This document shows positions 39,171-51,133 of a stretch of DNA of 64,000 bases, piece after piece. Position numbers and translations under genes: made by a program. This stretch comes from an uncultured virus (IMG/VR IMGVR_UViG_3300031555_002006) (Duplodnaviria > Heunggongvirae > Uroviricota > Caudoviricetes). The stretch lies in IMG/VR virus record IMGVR_UViG_3300031555_002006. One strand, given 5' to 3'. Each line of letters starts with the position of its first letter. The first letter of the stretch is position 1. The notes below the pieces were generated by a model, which searched no databases, had not been told where the DNA came from, and saw nothing but the letters and a program-made list of their open reading frames with translations.

Positions 39171-40267
39171 GTGATAATCTGAATAGACTCTGTCAGATCG
39201 ACATTACCCTGGACAATCCTGTCCAGACCTCTGCCGGTTATGACTGTCTGTTGCTTATCGGCGATGCGCCGAAAACTCCGAAGAACGACGTCCCCAAGGT
39301 CGGCGTGTATACCAACCTGGACGAAGTCAAGGACGTGGGCTGGGTTGCCGAAGGCACCGACGCTGAACCCATCGGCCGTGCAGCGAGAATTGCATTCTCT
39401 CAGAGTCCCCGTCCCAATCAGATCTATATTGCAGTTCGTCAGAGCGCAGGCGAAGACGGCTCCATGGAAGCTATTACCGCTACTCTCGAGAGAGCCATGG
39501 ACATCCCCGGCTGGTACGCGATCTGCCCCTGCGGTATCGAAGAAAGCGAGTATAAGACCATCGGCGAATGGACGGAAACCCAGCAGAAGATCTTTATCTT
39601 CTCTACGCTGGAAACTGTCAATCCCGTTGGCTCCCTGCTGTATCGTTCCATGGGCATCTTCGCAAAGCATCTGGCCAGCGCAGATGAAGCCGACGTTCCC
39701 GCGGACAACCTGTATGCGCATGTCGCCATGGCGGCCAAGTGCCTGTGCTATGAGGCGGGTTCTGAGACTTGGGCCAATATGGTCATCAACGGCATTACCC
39801 CCTCCGTCCTGAGTTCCACTGTCATCAACACTCTGCAGGCTCAGAACTTGAGTTATGTTATCGAGGTTGGCGGCAAGATCATCACCCAGGGTGGTAAGGT
39901 CGCAGCTGGCGAATGGGTTGACCTCATTCGCTTCCGCGACTGGTTGCAGAACGACATGGCGCAGCGCGTCTGCGATCTGCTCATTCGCAACCCCAAAATC
40001 CCCTATACCGACAACGGCATTACCGCTGTCGAAAACCAGATGGTAGCATCCCTCAAGGCCGGTCAGGTTCGCGGCGGTATTGCCGAGTCCGAGTTTGACG
40101 AGATGGACCAGGAAGTTCCCGGCTACAAGACTCAGATGCCCAAGGCATCCTCCCTGACTGCTGCGGAGCGCGCATCCCGCGTCCTTCGCAACTGCAAGTT
40201 CTGGGCTCGCATTGCCGGCGCTATCCACATGGTCGAGATAGAAGGCTCTCTGACCTATACGTTCTAA
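39167..40267 (+). CDS. Tail sheath protein (DUF3383-like)
   Basis: FSQSPRP, GEWVDLIRFRDWL, KIPYTDNG, AGAIH. Confidence 0.85.
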   Translation: MSDNLNRLCQIDITLDNPVQTSAGYDCLLLIGDAPKTPKNDVPKVGVYTNLDEVKDVGWVAEGTDAEPIGRAARIAFSQSPRPNQIYIAVRQSAGEDGSMEAITATLERAMDIPGWYAICPCGIEESEYKTIGEWTETQQKIFIFSTLETVNPVGSLLYRSMGIFAKHLASADEADVPADNLYAHVAMAAKCLCYEAGSETWANMVINGITPSVLSSTVINTLQAQNLSYVIEVGGKIITQGGKVAAGEWVDLIRFRDWLQNDMAQRVCDLLIRNPKIPYTDNGITAVENQMVASLKAGQVRGGIAESEFDEMDQEVPGYKTQMPKASSLTAAERASRVLRNCKFWARIAGAIHMVEIEGSLTYTF

Positions 40268-40284
40268 GAAGGAGGCAATAGCTA

Positions 40285-40692
40285 ATGCAGACCTATAATC
40301 CCAAAAAGATTACGATTGCCTTTGGCACTCACATTGTCACCGGCTATGCCGATGACTCTTTCGTAACCATCTCCGCAGCTGGTGATGGTACGACCTTCAA
40401 GCAGGGTTGCGATGGCGAGATCGTCCGCTCTGTCTCTCCTAATGACACTTACCTGATCAAGATGGACTTGCTCTCCTACTCCAAGACCAACTCTTGGCTT
40501 CAGAACATGTTCAACAAAGACCAGAAGGACGGAAGCGGCAGCTTCCCCGTAGTTGTCAAGGACCTCACCGGCGGTATGCTGTTCAACTCCGAGGCCGCTT
40601 GGGTCACCAAGCCTGCTGAGCGTGGCTACGGCAAGGAGGCCAACAACCGCTCTTGGGAAATCCAGACGGCATCTGGCAACCTGACTGAATAA
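40285..40692 (+). CDS. Tail tube protein
   Basis: TYNPK...G.DG; follows the sheath gene. Confidence 0.8.
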   Translation: MQTYNPKKITIAFGTHIVTGYADDSFVTISAAGDGTTFKQGCDGEIVRSVSPNDTYLIKMDLLSYSKTNSWLQNMFNKDQKDGSGSFPVVVKDLTGGMLFNSEAAWVTKPAERGYGKEANNRSWEIQTASGNLTE

Positions 40693-40703
40693 GGAGGGCG
40701 CGC

Positions 40704-41216
40704 ATGAAACAGACGAAAAGCGAAAAGGTGGTAATCGACAATATCACCTTTTACGTTCGGCCTTTCGGCGCTTTCACTGCCGCCGGCATGACTGCCAGTC
40801 TGGGCAAGATCATCGGCCCCGTGCTTGGCGGCGTGGCTCCTGTTATTGCTGACTATATGTCCGGCGAGAACGGGAACACCAAGAAACTGACCGATATGGA
40901 TTTCGGAGTCGTTGCCAGTGGTATCGGCGATGCGCTGGCTTCGCTTGATCCGGACGGCCTTGTCAGTGTTCTCAAGATGCTGCTGACCGATCACCGCAAT
41001 GTTACTTACAGCGTGGACGGTGACGAGCCTGACGTGCTGGACGAAGACGCCGCGAACGAAGTTTTCTGTCAGGATCTCGGCAGCATGATTTCCGTTGCCG
41101 TGGCAGTCATCAAGCTCAACTTCTCGGGTTTTTTCGAGAAGCTCGCAGCCCGATATGGCATCCGTTTCGAGGAGATGGGGGCTGCGATCCTGAACAGTAC
41201 GGCCACCTCGATCTGA
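40704..41216 (+). CDS. Tail assembly chaperone; predicted -1 frameshift product extends to 41398
   Basis: Located before the tape measure gene; in-frame slippery site G GGT TTT at 41126-41132. Confidence 0.8.
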   Translation: MKQTKSEKVVIDNITFYVRPFGAFTAAGMTASLGKIIGPVLGGVAPVIADYMSGENGNTKKLTDMDFGVVASGIGDALASLDPDGLVSVLKMLLTDHRNVTYSVDGDEPDVLDEDAANEVFCQDLGSMISVAVAVIKLNFSGFFEKLAARYGIRFEEMGAAILNSTATSI

Positions 41217-41402
41217 CGCAGTTCGGTGATCTGGAACTGAGGATGTATACGCTTATCAAGGCCCGTCTGGCGAGCATGGAAGAACTCAAATCTTCCTACA
41301 CGCTGGACGAGGCCTTGAAGCTTTATGCCCTTTATCAGATGGACCGGGATGTGGAAAGTGGCATCCATGAGGACTCGAAAAATGATCTGAGGAGGTGAAC
41401 TT

Positions 41403-43529
41403 GTGACTGTTGGTGAGTTTATTTACAAAATCGGCTTCAAAACCGACCAGGGCTCGAAGGGTAAAGCTGAGAGCGAAATGGAAGGTCTTGCTTCCAAGGC
41501 GAAGAAGCTTTTGGGCGCTATCGGCTTAGGCTTCTCGATCAAGGGTGCATTTGAGGCCATCAAGGCTTGTGTCGAAGTCTCTTCCGAAGTGGAAGAGATG
41601 CAGAACAAGTTCGACGTTGTTTTCCGTGGCATGACGGATGATGTCGAAGAATGGGCGCAGTCTTATGCTGATGCCATCGGACGAAACTCCAACACCATCA
41701 AGGGATACCTTGCAGACTCGCAGAACCTATTCGTTGGCATGGGTATGCAGCGCGAAGCGGGCGCCAAGCTCTCCGAGCAGATGGTTACCCTCGCGCTGGA
41801 CCTGGCCTCCTTCAACAATTTGCAGGAGACAGATGCCGTTAATGCCATGACCAAAGCGCTCATGGGCGAGAGCGAGAGCGCAAAAACCCTCGGCGCGGTA
41901 CTGAATGACAACACCCGAGCAATGGCCATGCAGACCTTGGGACTTACCGGAACCTATCAGGCTCTCGATGAAGCGACCAAGATGCAGGTCAACTATCAGG
42001 CAATCCTCAATCAGTCCGCAGATGCTGTAGGCGATTGCGAACGAAGCATGGGTAGCTATCAGAGCACCCTGAAGCAGACCCAATCCAAGCTCGAAGAGAT
42101 CAAAACGCTGGTCGGTCAGTTTTTTATGCCGACCTTTCAGCGTGTTTTGAGCTACGGAAACCAGGGCTTAATGAAGCTCAGAGATCTCATTACAAGAATT
42201 ACAGAGTTCGCCGACAGTATCGGTGGAACCGAGCGCCTGCTTGCTCTGCTGGCGGGTACCGGCGCAGCCGTTGCAGTTGCGCTGAACTTCAAGAAGATCG
42301 TCACCGGCGCTGAGTCTCTGCTCAAGATGCTCGGCAAGATCAACCTCAAAACAATGGTCATCATTGCTGTTGTGGTACTTTTGGCCCTTATCGTTGATGA
42401 CTTCATCAACTTTATGCAGGGGAACGACTCCGTTATCGGTGCAATGCTCGAGAAAGCGGGCATCGATGTGGACGAAACGCGCGAAAAGATCATCAACACA
42501 TGGAACACCATAAAATCCGTGCTGCAGGGCATCTGGAACTTCATCAAGAATGTTGCGACGAGTGTCTGGAACGGGTTGAAATCCTTTTGGAGCGAGAATG
42601 GTGATGCGATCACAAGCAATCTCATTCAGATCTGGCAGGCTGTCAGTTCTGCACTCTCTACCATCTGGGGGGCTATCAAGAGCATAGCGGAAAGCGTGTT
42701 CAATGCCCTCAAGTCCTTCTGGGCATCGTGGGGTGACGAGATTACCGCAGCTTTTTCCATTGTGTGGTCCGGCATTCAGAGCCTGTTTATGACCGCGCTG
42801 AACATCATCACGAGTCTGTGGACGGCCTTTGCAGCCCTTCTGTCGGGTGACTGGTCTACATTTTGGGAGTCCATCAAATCCGTGCTGCAGGGCATCTGGG
42901 ATGCCATTGTAACCATTGTCACAACGGTGCTGAATGCACTTTGGGCATTGTTCGGCGAGAAAATTACAGCCATCAAGGACACTATTATCAACGGTTTCAA
43001 TGCCGCTATTGCGTGGCTGCAGTCGCTCCCGGCGCAGGCAGTGACATGGGGTGCAGACCTCATTCAGGGACTGATTAACGGCATCAAGAGCAAGCTGGCC
43101 GCCGTGGGCGAAGCCGTAAAGGGCGTAGCAAACAAGATTACTTCTTTCCTGCACTTCTCCGTTCCCGATGAAGGTCCGCTGACCAAATATCAGCAGTGGA
43201 TGCCCGACTTTATGCAGGGACTTGCCAATGGCATCAACAGCAACAAGGATCTGGTGCTTGGCGCCATCTCCAAGCTGGCCGGAGACATCGACCTGAACTT
43301 TAACGGCAAGGGCGGCTCTGATCGTAAGCCCAGACCCACTGGCGTTTCTCCCAGAACGGCCGCGGCTGCCGTCAGCAACAGTAGTGCGAAGACGATCAAC
43401 CAGACCAATAATTTCAACAACCATTTCAACGGCGGCGAGCGTGAGACGCAGAAGAACCTCTCCAAGGCAGCGAAGAACAATGCCAAGGATACCTCTGCCG
43501 AGCTGGCTCGTGCGCTCAAGTTTGCGTAA
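41403..43529 (+). CDS. Tape measure protein
   Basis: Long Ala/Trp-periodic helical protein after the chaperone. Confidence 0.9.
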   Translation: MTVGEFIYKIGFKTDQGSKGKAESEMEGLASKAKKLLGAIGLGFSIKGAFEAIKACVEVSSEVEEMQNKFDVVFRGMTDDVEEWAQSYADAIGRNSNTIKGYLADSQNLFVGMGMQREAGAKLSEQMVTLALDLASFNNLQETDAVNAMTKALMGESESAKTLGAVLNDNTRAMAMQTLGLTGTYQALDEATKMQVNYQAILNQSADAVGDCERSMGSYQSTLKQTQSKLEEIKTLVGQFFMPTFQRVLSYGNQGLMKLRDLITRITEFADSIGGTERLLALLAGTGAAVAVALNFKKIVTGAESLLKMLGKINLKTMVIIAVVVLLALIVDDFINFMQGNDSVIGAMLEKAGIDVDETREKIINTWNTIKSVLQGIWNFIKNVATSVWNGLKSFWSENGDAITSNLIQIWQAVSSALSTIWGAIKSIAESVFNALKSFWASWGDEITAAFSIVWSGIQSLFMTALNIITSLWTAFAALLSGDWSTFWESIKSVLQGIWDAIVTIVTTVLNALWALFGEKITAIKDTIINGFNAAIAWLQSLPAQAVTWGADLIQGLINGIKSKLAAVGEAVKGVANKITSFLHFSVPDEGPLTKYQQWMPDFMQGLANGINSNKDLVLGAISKLAGDIDLNFNGKGGSDRKPRPTGVSPRTAAAAVSNSSAKTINQTNNFNNHFNGGERETQKNLSKAAKNNAKDTSAELARALKFA

Positions 43530-43541
43530 GGAGGCGTTAAC

Positions 43542-46500
43542 ATGGCAAAAGCGAAACAGCCGGTCACATTATCGGCTAATGGCAAATCCGTCACTTTTGA
43601 CGCCCTCCTGAAGCAGACGGATGGGTACGATAGTACCGTTCCCTCCTATCCTGTAGAAACGGGATTCAATGTCAGCGATACAATCATCATCGACAGCCCC
43701 ACGCTGTCGATGACGCTGTATCTGGCAAAAACTCCTGTCACATGGAAGAACCGAAACGGCACAAACCGCGTAGAACAGCATGTAGCCATGCTTGAAAACC
43801 TTTACTTCCAAAAGGCCTTATGCTCTATCAGCACAACCGAAAAGAGTTATGCGAACATGGCTATCGAGTCCATGAGCATCGTGAAGTCCGAGGAATTAGG
43901 CTATGACAAGCAGGTCGAGATCTCGTTCCGAAAAATCATCGTTACCTCGACCAAAACGGTCGGTATCCCTGACAGCTATGGCAAGAGCGGCTCGACCATG
44001 GCATCCAACGGTGCTGCATCTACAACGCAGGGCGGTGCCTCTGCCGGCGCGGACACTTCCGGAGGATCTTCCGGAAGTGGCGACAATTCCAAGTCTTCGA
44101 TGCTGTACGCAGCTGCGGCAGCGGCCGGGATAGTGTAGGAGGTGGAATATGAGCTATCTGATTATTGAAGTGCCTGATATGAACGACAGCGTATCCCGCA
44201 TCGTTCTGAATGGCGTTGCCTATCATATCCGCTTTACCTACAACGACACCGAAGATCGCTGGCGTTTCGGATTGTACGACTCTCAGATGCAGCCCATCGT
44301 TCAGGGCGTCAAAATCGTTCCCGGGTTCCCTTTGAACCTGTTTAAGGGGCGCGATGACATTCCCAATGGCGTATTTGCGTGCTTGAGCAAAGAGGATGTG
44401 GTTGGTAGAACAGACTTTGCCGAAGGTAAAGCCCGGTTCGTATTCGCCCCCGCTGAAGGAGGTGTCTTATGACGAACTTTGATCGCCAGTATCGCTTTGC
44501 CGCCGGAGAGGCCGGCGGCAAAGCTTTTCAAATCGGTGAGCCGGGCAGCGAAGTCCCCATGCCGCTGCGTATCCGGTTTGATATTGAAAAGACCGACCTC
44601 GAAACCCCGAATACGGGTAAGATCTCCATTTGGAACCTGTCGCCGGCTCATATTGCAGAGCTGGAAAAAACGAACTGTATCGCCTCCCTCAACGCGGGGT
44701 ACAACTCGAAGCGTCCGCTGGTCATTTCGGGCCTTGTAATCCATTGTGTGACCGAGGATGACGGCGCAGATCGTAGAACTGACATCGAAGTTGAGGATAG
44801 CTTGGTGAGTTTGAGAGACACCTATGTGACTATCAGCTACAGCGGCAAAACCAACTCCAAAACCATTCTGGATGATGTGGCAAATCAGATGGGCGTAGCT
44901 GTGACCTATTCGTATAACGCAGAGTTCGCAGACTTACCCAATGGTTACGCCTACGTCGGCCAAGCTCGGAATGTCCTCACAAAAATCTGCAACACCAGCA
45001 ACCTTGTGTGGTCGTTGCAGAACGGCATCCTCCAAATCAAAAAGCCGGGAGATACCCTTTCCAAAGAGGTGTTCATGCTGTCTGCACAGACTGGCATGGT
45101 CGGAAGTCCTCGCCGTTTCACATCCACGGCGACCGATGACAGCAAGAAGGACGATAGCGGCTGGGAGGTCGATTACCTCATGAATACCGCCATCAATATT
45201 GATGATTACGTCTATTTGCAGTCCAAGAAGGCCACCGGCTATTTCCGCGTGTACTCGGTCAAGATCACCGGTGATACCCACGGCAATTCGTGGATCTGTA
45301 CCGCAAAACTCGTAGCTGTCTGAAAGGAGGAGCCATGAACCAGGAATATATTCAGGCGATGAAAGACCTTGTACGGTCTATGTCCAATGAAATGCACACG
45401 GCTCTCCCGGGACAGATCGTGTCATTCGACCCTGCGACATGCACCGCAACGGTAAAGCCTGTGATGAAATACACCAAGCCGGATAAAAGCACCATCGACT
45501 TTCCTGAGCTTCCCGGCGTTCCGGTCGTTTTCCCGCAGGGCGCGGGCTTGGGAGTGTCTATCGCATTCCCGGTCGCTGCCGGCGACACTTGTCTCATTGT
45601 TTTCTCGGAGCAGTCTATCGACTACTGGCGTTATGGACAGGAAACCGGCACGGACTTGCGCTTCGATCTCTCTAATGCAATGTGCATCCCTGGCTTGTTC
45701 ACAGCTGGCAGCGCTGCGGTGCAGAAAGCGTGCGCGGAAAATGCAGCCGTTATGGTTGCAGGGGGCGTCAGCTTGACCGTCAGCGGCTCGGGCGTGAGCA
45801 TCAAGGGTAATTTGTCGGTTGACGGGAAAATCGTTTCTACGGGCGATACGGTGGCAATGGGAAAGAGTGTCGCCACGCATACCCACACCGGCGACAGCGG
45901 CGGCAACACAAGCACCCCGCAGTAAGGAAGGTGTTATATGCTTGATATTTTACTTAGCAATAACGGTGATTTGAAAATCACGGACTCGGGCGACATCGAA
46001 TTGACGAACAGCGTACGTCAGGCTATTCGAGTACGGCTTCAGTGGTTCCTCGGCGAGTGGCGCTTGGGGCCAGATGCAGGCATTCCGTGGTTTGAAGAGA
46101 TCCTGATTAAAAACCCCAATATTGATCGGTGCTGCCAACTGTTCAGAGAAGCAATCCTGTCAGTCGAAGAAGTCAAGAACGTAACGAACATGAGTCTGGT
46201 CATCGACCCTAAGACCCGCCGTGCGGTCTTGAAGTTCTCGGCAACCACCGAGGAAGAAACATTTAACGAGGAGGTGCTGATTAGTGTCTGATTACGGAAT
46301 TACGAAATCGGGCGTCAACATCAAGCGCCTCGACACCATTCTGAGCGAAATGCACGACGATCTTTCGGAGGGTTGGGGCGTCAATACACGCATCAATCCC
46401 GAAAGCTATTTGAACGTGCAGCTGACCGCCTTTGCGGATAAAATCGCTGAGCTCTGGGAGTTCGGGCAGCAGATCTACGACAGCTATCATCCCGCCACCG

Positions 46501-48429
46501 CAGAGGACTCGGCGCTTGATAGCGCCTGCCAGTATTCCGGTGTCGAGCGTCAGTCTGCCGCCCAGACCATTTATCCCATCCATTGCACCGGTACAGATGG
46601 TACGGTACTCGAAGCCGGCACAACCGTTTCGTCGAACACGAACCCCCGTATCGACTTCACCGTCACCACGAGCAAGGCTATTGAGAGATCTTCTTTCAAC
46701 CGCGCCCGCCTGCGCATCGTCGCACTGTCTCAGGCGGCGACCTATACGATCTCCATCAACGGTACGCTCTACTCTTACACCGCATCCGAGACCGATACCG
46801 CAGAGGATGTTCTTGCCGGCCTTGCCGAGCGCATCGTGGCAGGCGGCGACTTTACCGCATTCGTCATGGACTCCACGGCAGAATTGCCCGTCACATTGTC
46901 CATTGAGGCCGTAGACGTGTCCCAAAGTTATGTGATGCTGCTGACGGAAAATCTCACCACGGAAACCGTTACATCCATTATCAACTTCTCGTCTGTGGAC
47001 TACGGCGAAATCATCGTGCCTAACGGTGCGATCTCCATTATCAGCAAAGGTCCGTCCGGCTTCGCTGGCTGCGCAAACCTGTGCTCTTATGTCGCCGGCC
47101 GCCAGCGTGAAACGGACACTGAGTTCAGGCAGTCTTATGCAGATAAGGTATTCAACCTCTCCAACCGTACATTGCAGGCCATCAAGGCTGCCATCCTCAC
47201 CAACGTTCAGGGCGTCAATAGTGTTGCGATCTATGAGAACGACCAGGATGTCCCGGATGATGCCGGGCGTTATCCACACAGTGTGGAAGTAATTGTGGAT
47301 GGTGGAAACCCGGCAGAAATCGCTACGCAGATCTTCCGAAGGAAGGCCGGCGGTATTAACACCTACGGATCCACGGAGGTTGATCTTGTTGGCGATAACG
47401 GCGAGACCATCACCATCCGTTTCAACCGCCCCTCCTATGTCTATGTGTGGTGGCACATCGGCATCACACAGGATACGGCTTCTCAGCTTCCGACTGATTA
47501 TGCAACGCAGATCAAAGCCATTATCGCCGATGCTATGAAGGATATTGAGACTGGCGATGACATCATTCCCCAGCGAGTATTCAAGAGCATCTACGAGAAC
47601 GTAGACGGCATTGCCTACATTGACGTCAAGCTTTATGCCACCGCCGATGCGGCTGCTGCCCCGGACTCTTCTGCTGCATACACACTGCGAAGCCTTACCA
47701 TGTCCGACCGTGAACTGGCTATCACCAGTGACGCAATGGTAGAGGTGGCACTGGATGGATAAGAATACTGCATTTGATTATCTCGTCAGGCTTCAAGCTG
47801 ACTTGATCGAGCAGTTTCGCGGGCTTCCGAATATCGAGGTGCTCAATAAGGTGCTGGCAAAGCAGTTGCAGGAGGTTTACGACTTCCTGCTCCAGCTTCG
47901 CACTGTGCTTGAGATCGACAACTGTTCCGGACAGCAGCTCGATAACATCGGAAGCATCGTCCAGCTCACGAGAAAGGAAGCTGCTGCGCTGGCGCAGCAG
48001 TCGAGCTACATCTACGCAGACGAGGACGATATGTACCGCGTGTTCCTGCATTACAAGATCTTCCTCAACACCGCAGAGTGCACCTATAGCGACATCATGC
48101 GCTCGATTTACATGCTGTGGGACGGAAAACTTTCTTATCACGAGTACCCCGAAGACCCGGCGACGATCTATCTGGATTATGAAATGTTCAGCGGCAAAAA
48201 CAACCGGCAGCTGCTGAACATCCCCATCCTAAAGCCTGCTGGCGTCCGCATCCGGTTCCGTGCCTACGGCAATTTCGGCATGACGCTCTATATGGGTGGC
48301 AGCACTACGCAGATGGCGAAGATCACGTATATTCAGGATACCCCAGCGGAACTTCCTCAGTATCTCGTCGATGACGAGAACAATATCCTTACGGATGAGC
48401 TCGGCAACATTCTTTACGAACTGGAATAG
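43542..48429 (+). CDS. Baseplate genes: 43542-44138, 44149-44472, hub 44469-45323, spike 45335-45925, gp25-like 45938-46291, baseplate J-like 46284-47762, wedge 47755-48429
   Basis: Synteny; spike ends THTHTGDSGG; GEWRL..DAGIPW; GRQRETDTEFR. Confidence 0.8.
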
Positions 48430-48441
48430 AGGTGATTATAA

Positions 48442-49500
48442 GTGGTCAAAGTTAACATTACCAATTTCGGCAAGGCACTGCTGATTAAGGCGCTCCATAA
48501 CGAGTCTCCCATCAACTTCGTGTCTATGCAGTTTGGTAACGGTGAAGTACCGGAAAACTACGAAGAGCTTACGGCTCTGATGAACCCTCTGCTCGAGTGC
48601 AGCATCTCTTCCATGGAGAAGGGCGATAACTACATTCAGCTGACATCTGTATTCGATAACAGCAATGTTGAGGCCGACTTCGACATGACAGAGATCGGTG
48701 TTTTTGCAGAGGACGCCACCTTGGGCAAGGGCTTGTTCGCCTATGTAAATCAGGAGAACGACTCTGAGCCCGTATATTCCGAGAACTCCAACAAGCTCAA
48801 GGAAAACCAGATCTCCGTGCAGATCATTGTGGATGATGCGGAGAACGTCACAGCAACGGTCAAGTCGCTGGTTTACGCCACCAAGCAGGAGCTCGAGGAC
48901 CATATCAAAAACTACGAGAACCCTCACCGGGTCACGGCGGCTCAGATCGGCCTTGGTAAGGTAGAAAATACCACTGTTGCCGATGCTGCAGTCAAGTTCA
49001 CCGCCGCGAAGGAAATGGTGAATATTGAGTCTGGTGAAAAGGTGGCCACCATCTTCGGTAAGATCTACACCGCACTCAAGGCGCTTTTGGCGCACCTTAC
49101 CGACTACAAGAACCCGCACAAGGTTACGCCTATTGATATTAAAGCTGCGGCCGAGGGTCATCTTCACTCTGCAGCTGACATCAAAACCGGCACCTTGGCT
49201 GTCGGTCGTGGCGGCACCGGCAGGGAAACTTGGACGGGAGATCTGCTGATTTATGCAGATACCGCGACGTCGCTTGCTCATGTTACTCGCCCGGCAAAGC
49301 TGTCGGTGCTTATGCAGGACTCCTCTGGCAAACCCTATTTTCAGGCGTTCGACCAGCTGCAGTTTGTGGCTTCCGGAAGCGCCGCACCTGCGAATACCAA
49401 TGTCTTCTGGATTGACCCCACACCGGTTACCGGCGGTCTCAAGTACCATAACGGCTCCGCTTGGGTGCATGTGCCTGTGGGCTATGCTGATGCTGAATAA
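48442..49500 (+). CDS. Tail fiber (proximal/collar) protein
   Basis: ITNFGKALL, EIGVFAED, two H...NPH.VT repeats, GTLAVGRGGTG. Confidence 0.8.
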   Translation: MVKVNITNFGKALLIKALHNESPINFVSMQFGNGEVPENYEELTALMNPLLECSISSMEKGDNYIQLTSVFDNSNVEADFDMTEIGVFAEDATLGKGLFAYVNQENDSEPVYSENSNKLKENQISVQIIVDDAENVTATVKSLVYATKQELEDHIKNYENPHRVTAAQIGLGKVENTTVADAAVKFTAAKEMVNIESGEKVATIFGKIYTALKALLAHLTDYKNPHKVTPIDIKAAAEGHLHSAADIKTGTLAVGRGGTGRETWTGDLLIYADTATSLAHVTRPAKLSVLMQDSSGKPYFQAFDQLQFVASGSAAPANTNVFWIDPTPVTGGLKYHNGSAWVHVPVGYADAE

Positions 49501-49514
49501 TGGAGGTGAACACC

Positions 49515-49805
49515 ATGGAAACAAAGATCCTGATTTCCGAAGAATTGTCGAACTACATCGAAGGCCTGTCTTACAGCGCCGCATCGTTGAGAGATTTGCT
49601 GCTTGATGCCGCAGAGCGCGGCTTGCAGGGGTCTCCCGCTTTCGAGCGCTGGGAGCAGAAATACATCGAGACCGACGCCGAGTTTCAGGTTGCCAAAGGG
49701 CAGCTCGAGCGCGAGTATGTGCTCCCTAAAATCGGCGACAAGCGTGTCAACTGGACGCTTGACTATAACACCAGAACGGTCACCATCGTGGAGGTGGAGG
49801 AATGA
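49515..49805 (+). CDS. Small protein associated with the rSAM cassette
   Basis: RBS ggaggtg; stop overlaps the rSAM start. Confidence 0.65.
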   Translation: METKILISEELSNYIEGLSYSAASLRDLLLDAAERGLQGSPAFERWEQKYIETDAEFQVAKGQLEREYVLPKIGDKRVNWTLDYNTRTVTIVEVEE

Positions 49806-51133
49806 GACCTTCCGAGAGCTTCATCGACAGAATGTCCAGGCTGTTTCATCCTGCGGAGCTTACCGGGTTCAGCGTCAATTCCTACCACACGAAGAATGTC
49901 ACGTTTCAGGTAACGGAAGACTGTAATCTTCGCTGTAGCTATTGCTATCAGGGAGCAAAGACCAGCAAGAAGATGTCCTTCGAGACCGCGAAAGCTATCA
50001 TGGACATGCTTCTTGCGGCTGACGAGCGTACCTGCAAATACATCACAACCACCAAGATCACTGGCGTAGTATTCGACTTCATCGGCGGAGAACCCTTTCT
50101 CGAGGTTGAATTGATCGACAAGATCATGGATTACTTTGTAGAGAGAGCCTTCCTTATGGAGCATCCGCTGGCGAATAAATACATGATAAGCATTTCGACA
50201 AACGGAACGCTGTACTTCACTCCGGAGGTACAGCGTTTTATTGCGAAATGGCACCGGCACCTCTCGCTGTCGATCTCCATTGACGGCAACAAGAAACTCC
50301 ATGACGCCTGCCGTGTATTCCCGGATGGTTCTGGCAGTTATGACATTGCCATCGCCGCAGCGAAAGACTACATGGAGCGATACGGGAAGATCGGAAGCAA
50401 GATGACGATCTCACCTGAAAACGTGATGTACCTGAACGACGCTGTGAGAGAACTGCTTGCGAATGGATACAGGGAGATTTATTTGAACTGTGTCTACGAG
50501 GAGGGCTGGACCGAAAAGCACGCGAAGATCCTTTACGAGCAGTTGAAAATGCTTGCAGACGAAGTGGTTGAGATGGAAGAACAGCCCATGCTTTCCATCT
50601 TCCAGCAGTACATCGGCCAGCCGATGCCCGAGAGCGACAATCGAAATTGGTGTGGCGGCACCGGATGTATGCTGGCCTTCGATGCAGATGGGTGCGCCTA
50701 CCCTTGTCTGCGTTATATGGCAAGCAGCCTTGCTGGTGCGCAGGAGCCGTATGCCATCGGAGATCTGAACCACGGTATCATGAATACCCCGGAGCATGAG
50801 CGGCGTGTGGATCTCCTCGGAAAAATCACACGCCGCAGTCAATCCACAGACGAGTGTTGGAACTGCCCGATTGCCTCTGGATGCAGCTGGTGCAGCGCAT
50901 ATAATTATCAGGTGTATGGAACACCCGATAAGCGTGTTACCTATATCTGCATCATGCACAAGGCGCGTGTACTGGCGACCTCGTATTATTGGAACACCTT
51001 GCTTCGCAAAAGCGGGAGCGCAAAGCGGTTCGCCCTCAATGTCCCCGAGTCCTGGGCTGTTCCCATCATCGGTGAGGAGGAGTACAGGATGCTCAAAACC
51101 CTTGCGGAGGTGAATGACGATGGCAATGATTGA
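49802..51133 (+). CDS. Radical SAM/SPASM-domain peptide maturase
   Basis: CNLRCSYC, FIGGEP, STNG, SIDG..KLHD..R; SPASM cysteines CGGTG...YPC...CWNC....GCSWC...IC. Confidence 0.9.
   Translation: MRPSESFIDRMSRLFHPAELTGFSVNSYHTKNVTFQVTEDCNLRCSYCYQGAKTSKKMSFETAKAIMDMLLAADERTCKYITTTKITGVVFDFIGGEPFLEVELIDKIMDYFVERAFLMEHPLANKYMISISTNGTLYFTPEVQRFIAKWHRHLSLSISIDGNKKLHDACRVFPDGSGSYDIAIAAAKDYMERYGKIGSKMTISPENVMYLNDAVRELLANGYREIYLNCVYEEGWTEKHAKILYEQLKMLADEVVEMEEQPMLSIFQQYIGQPMPESDNRNWCGGTGCMLAFDADGCAYPCLRYMASSLAGAQEPYAIGDLNHGIMNTPEHERRVDLLGKITRRSQSTDECWNCPIASGCSWCSAYNYQVYGTPDKRVTYICIMHKARVLATSYYWNTLLRKSGSAKRFALNVPESWAVPIIGEEEYRMLKTLAEVNDDGND

Noticed and set aside
42513..42899. Exact 24-bp repeat aaatccgtgctgcagggcatctgg (42513-42536 and 42876-42899)
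   Set aside because: Internal tape-measure repeat in the same coding context; not an att site or a DGR pair
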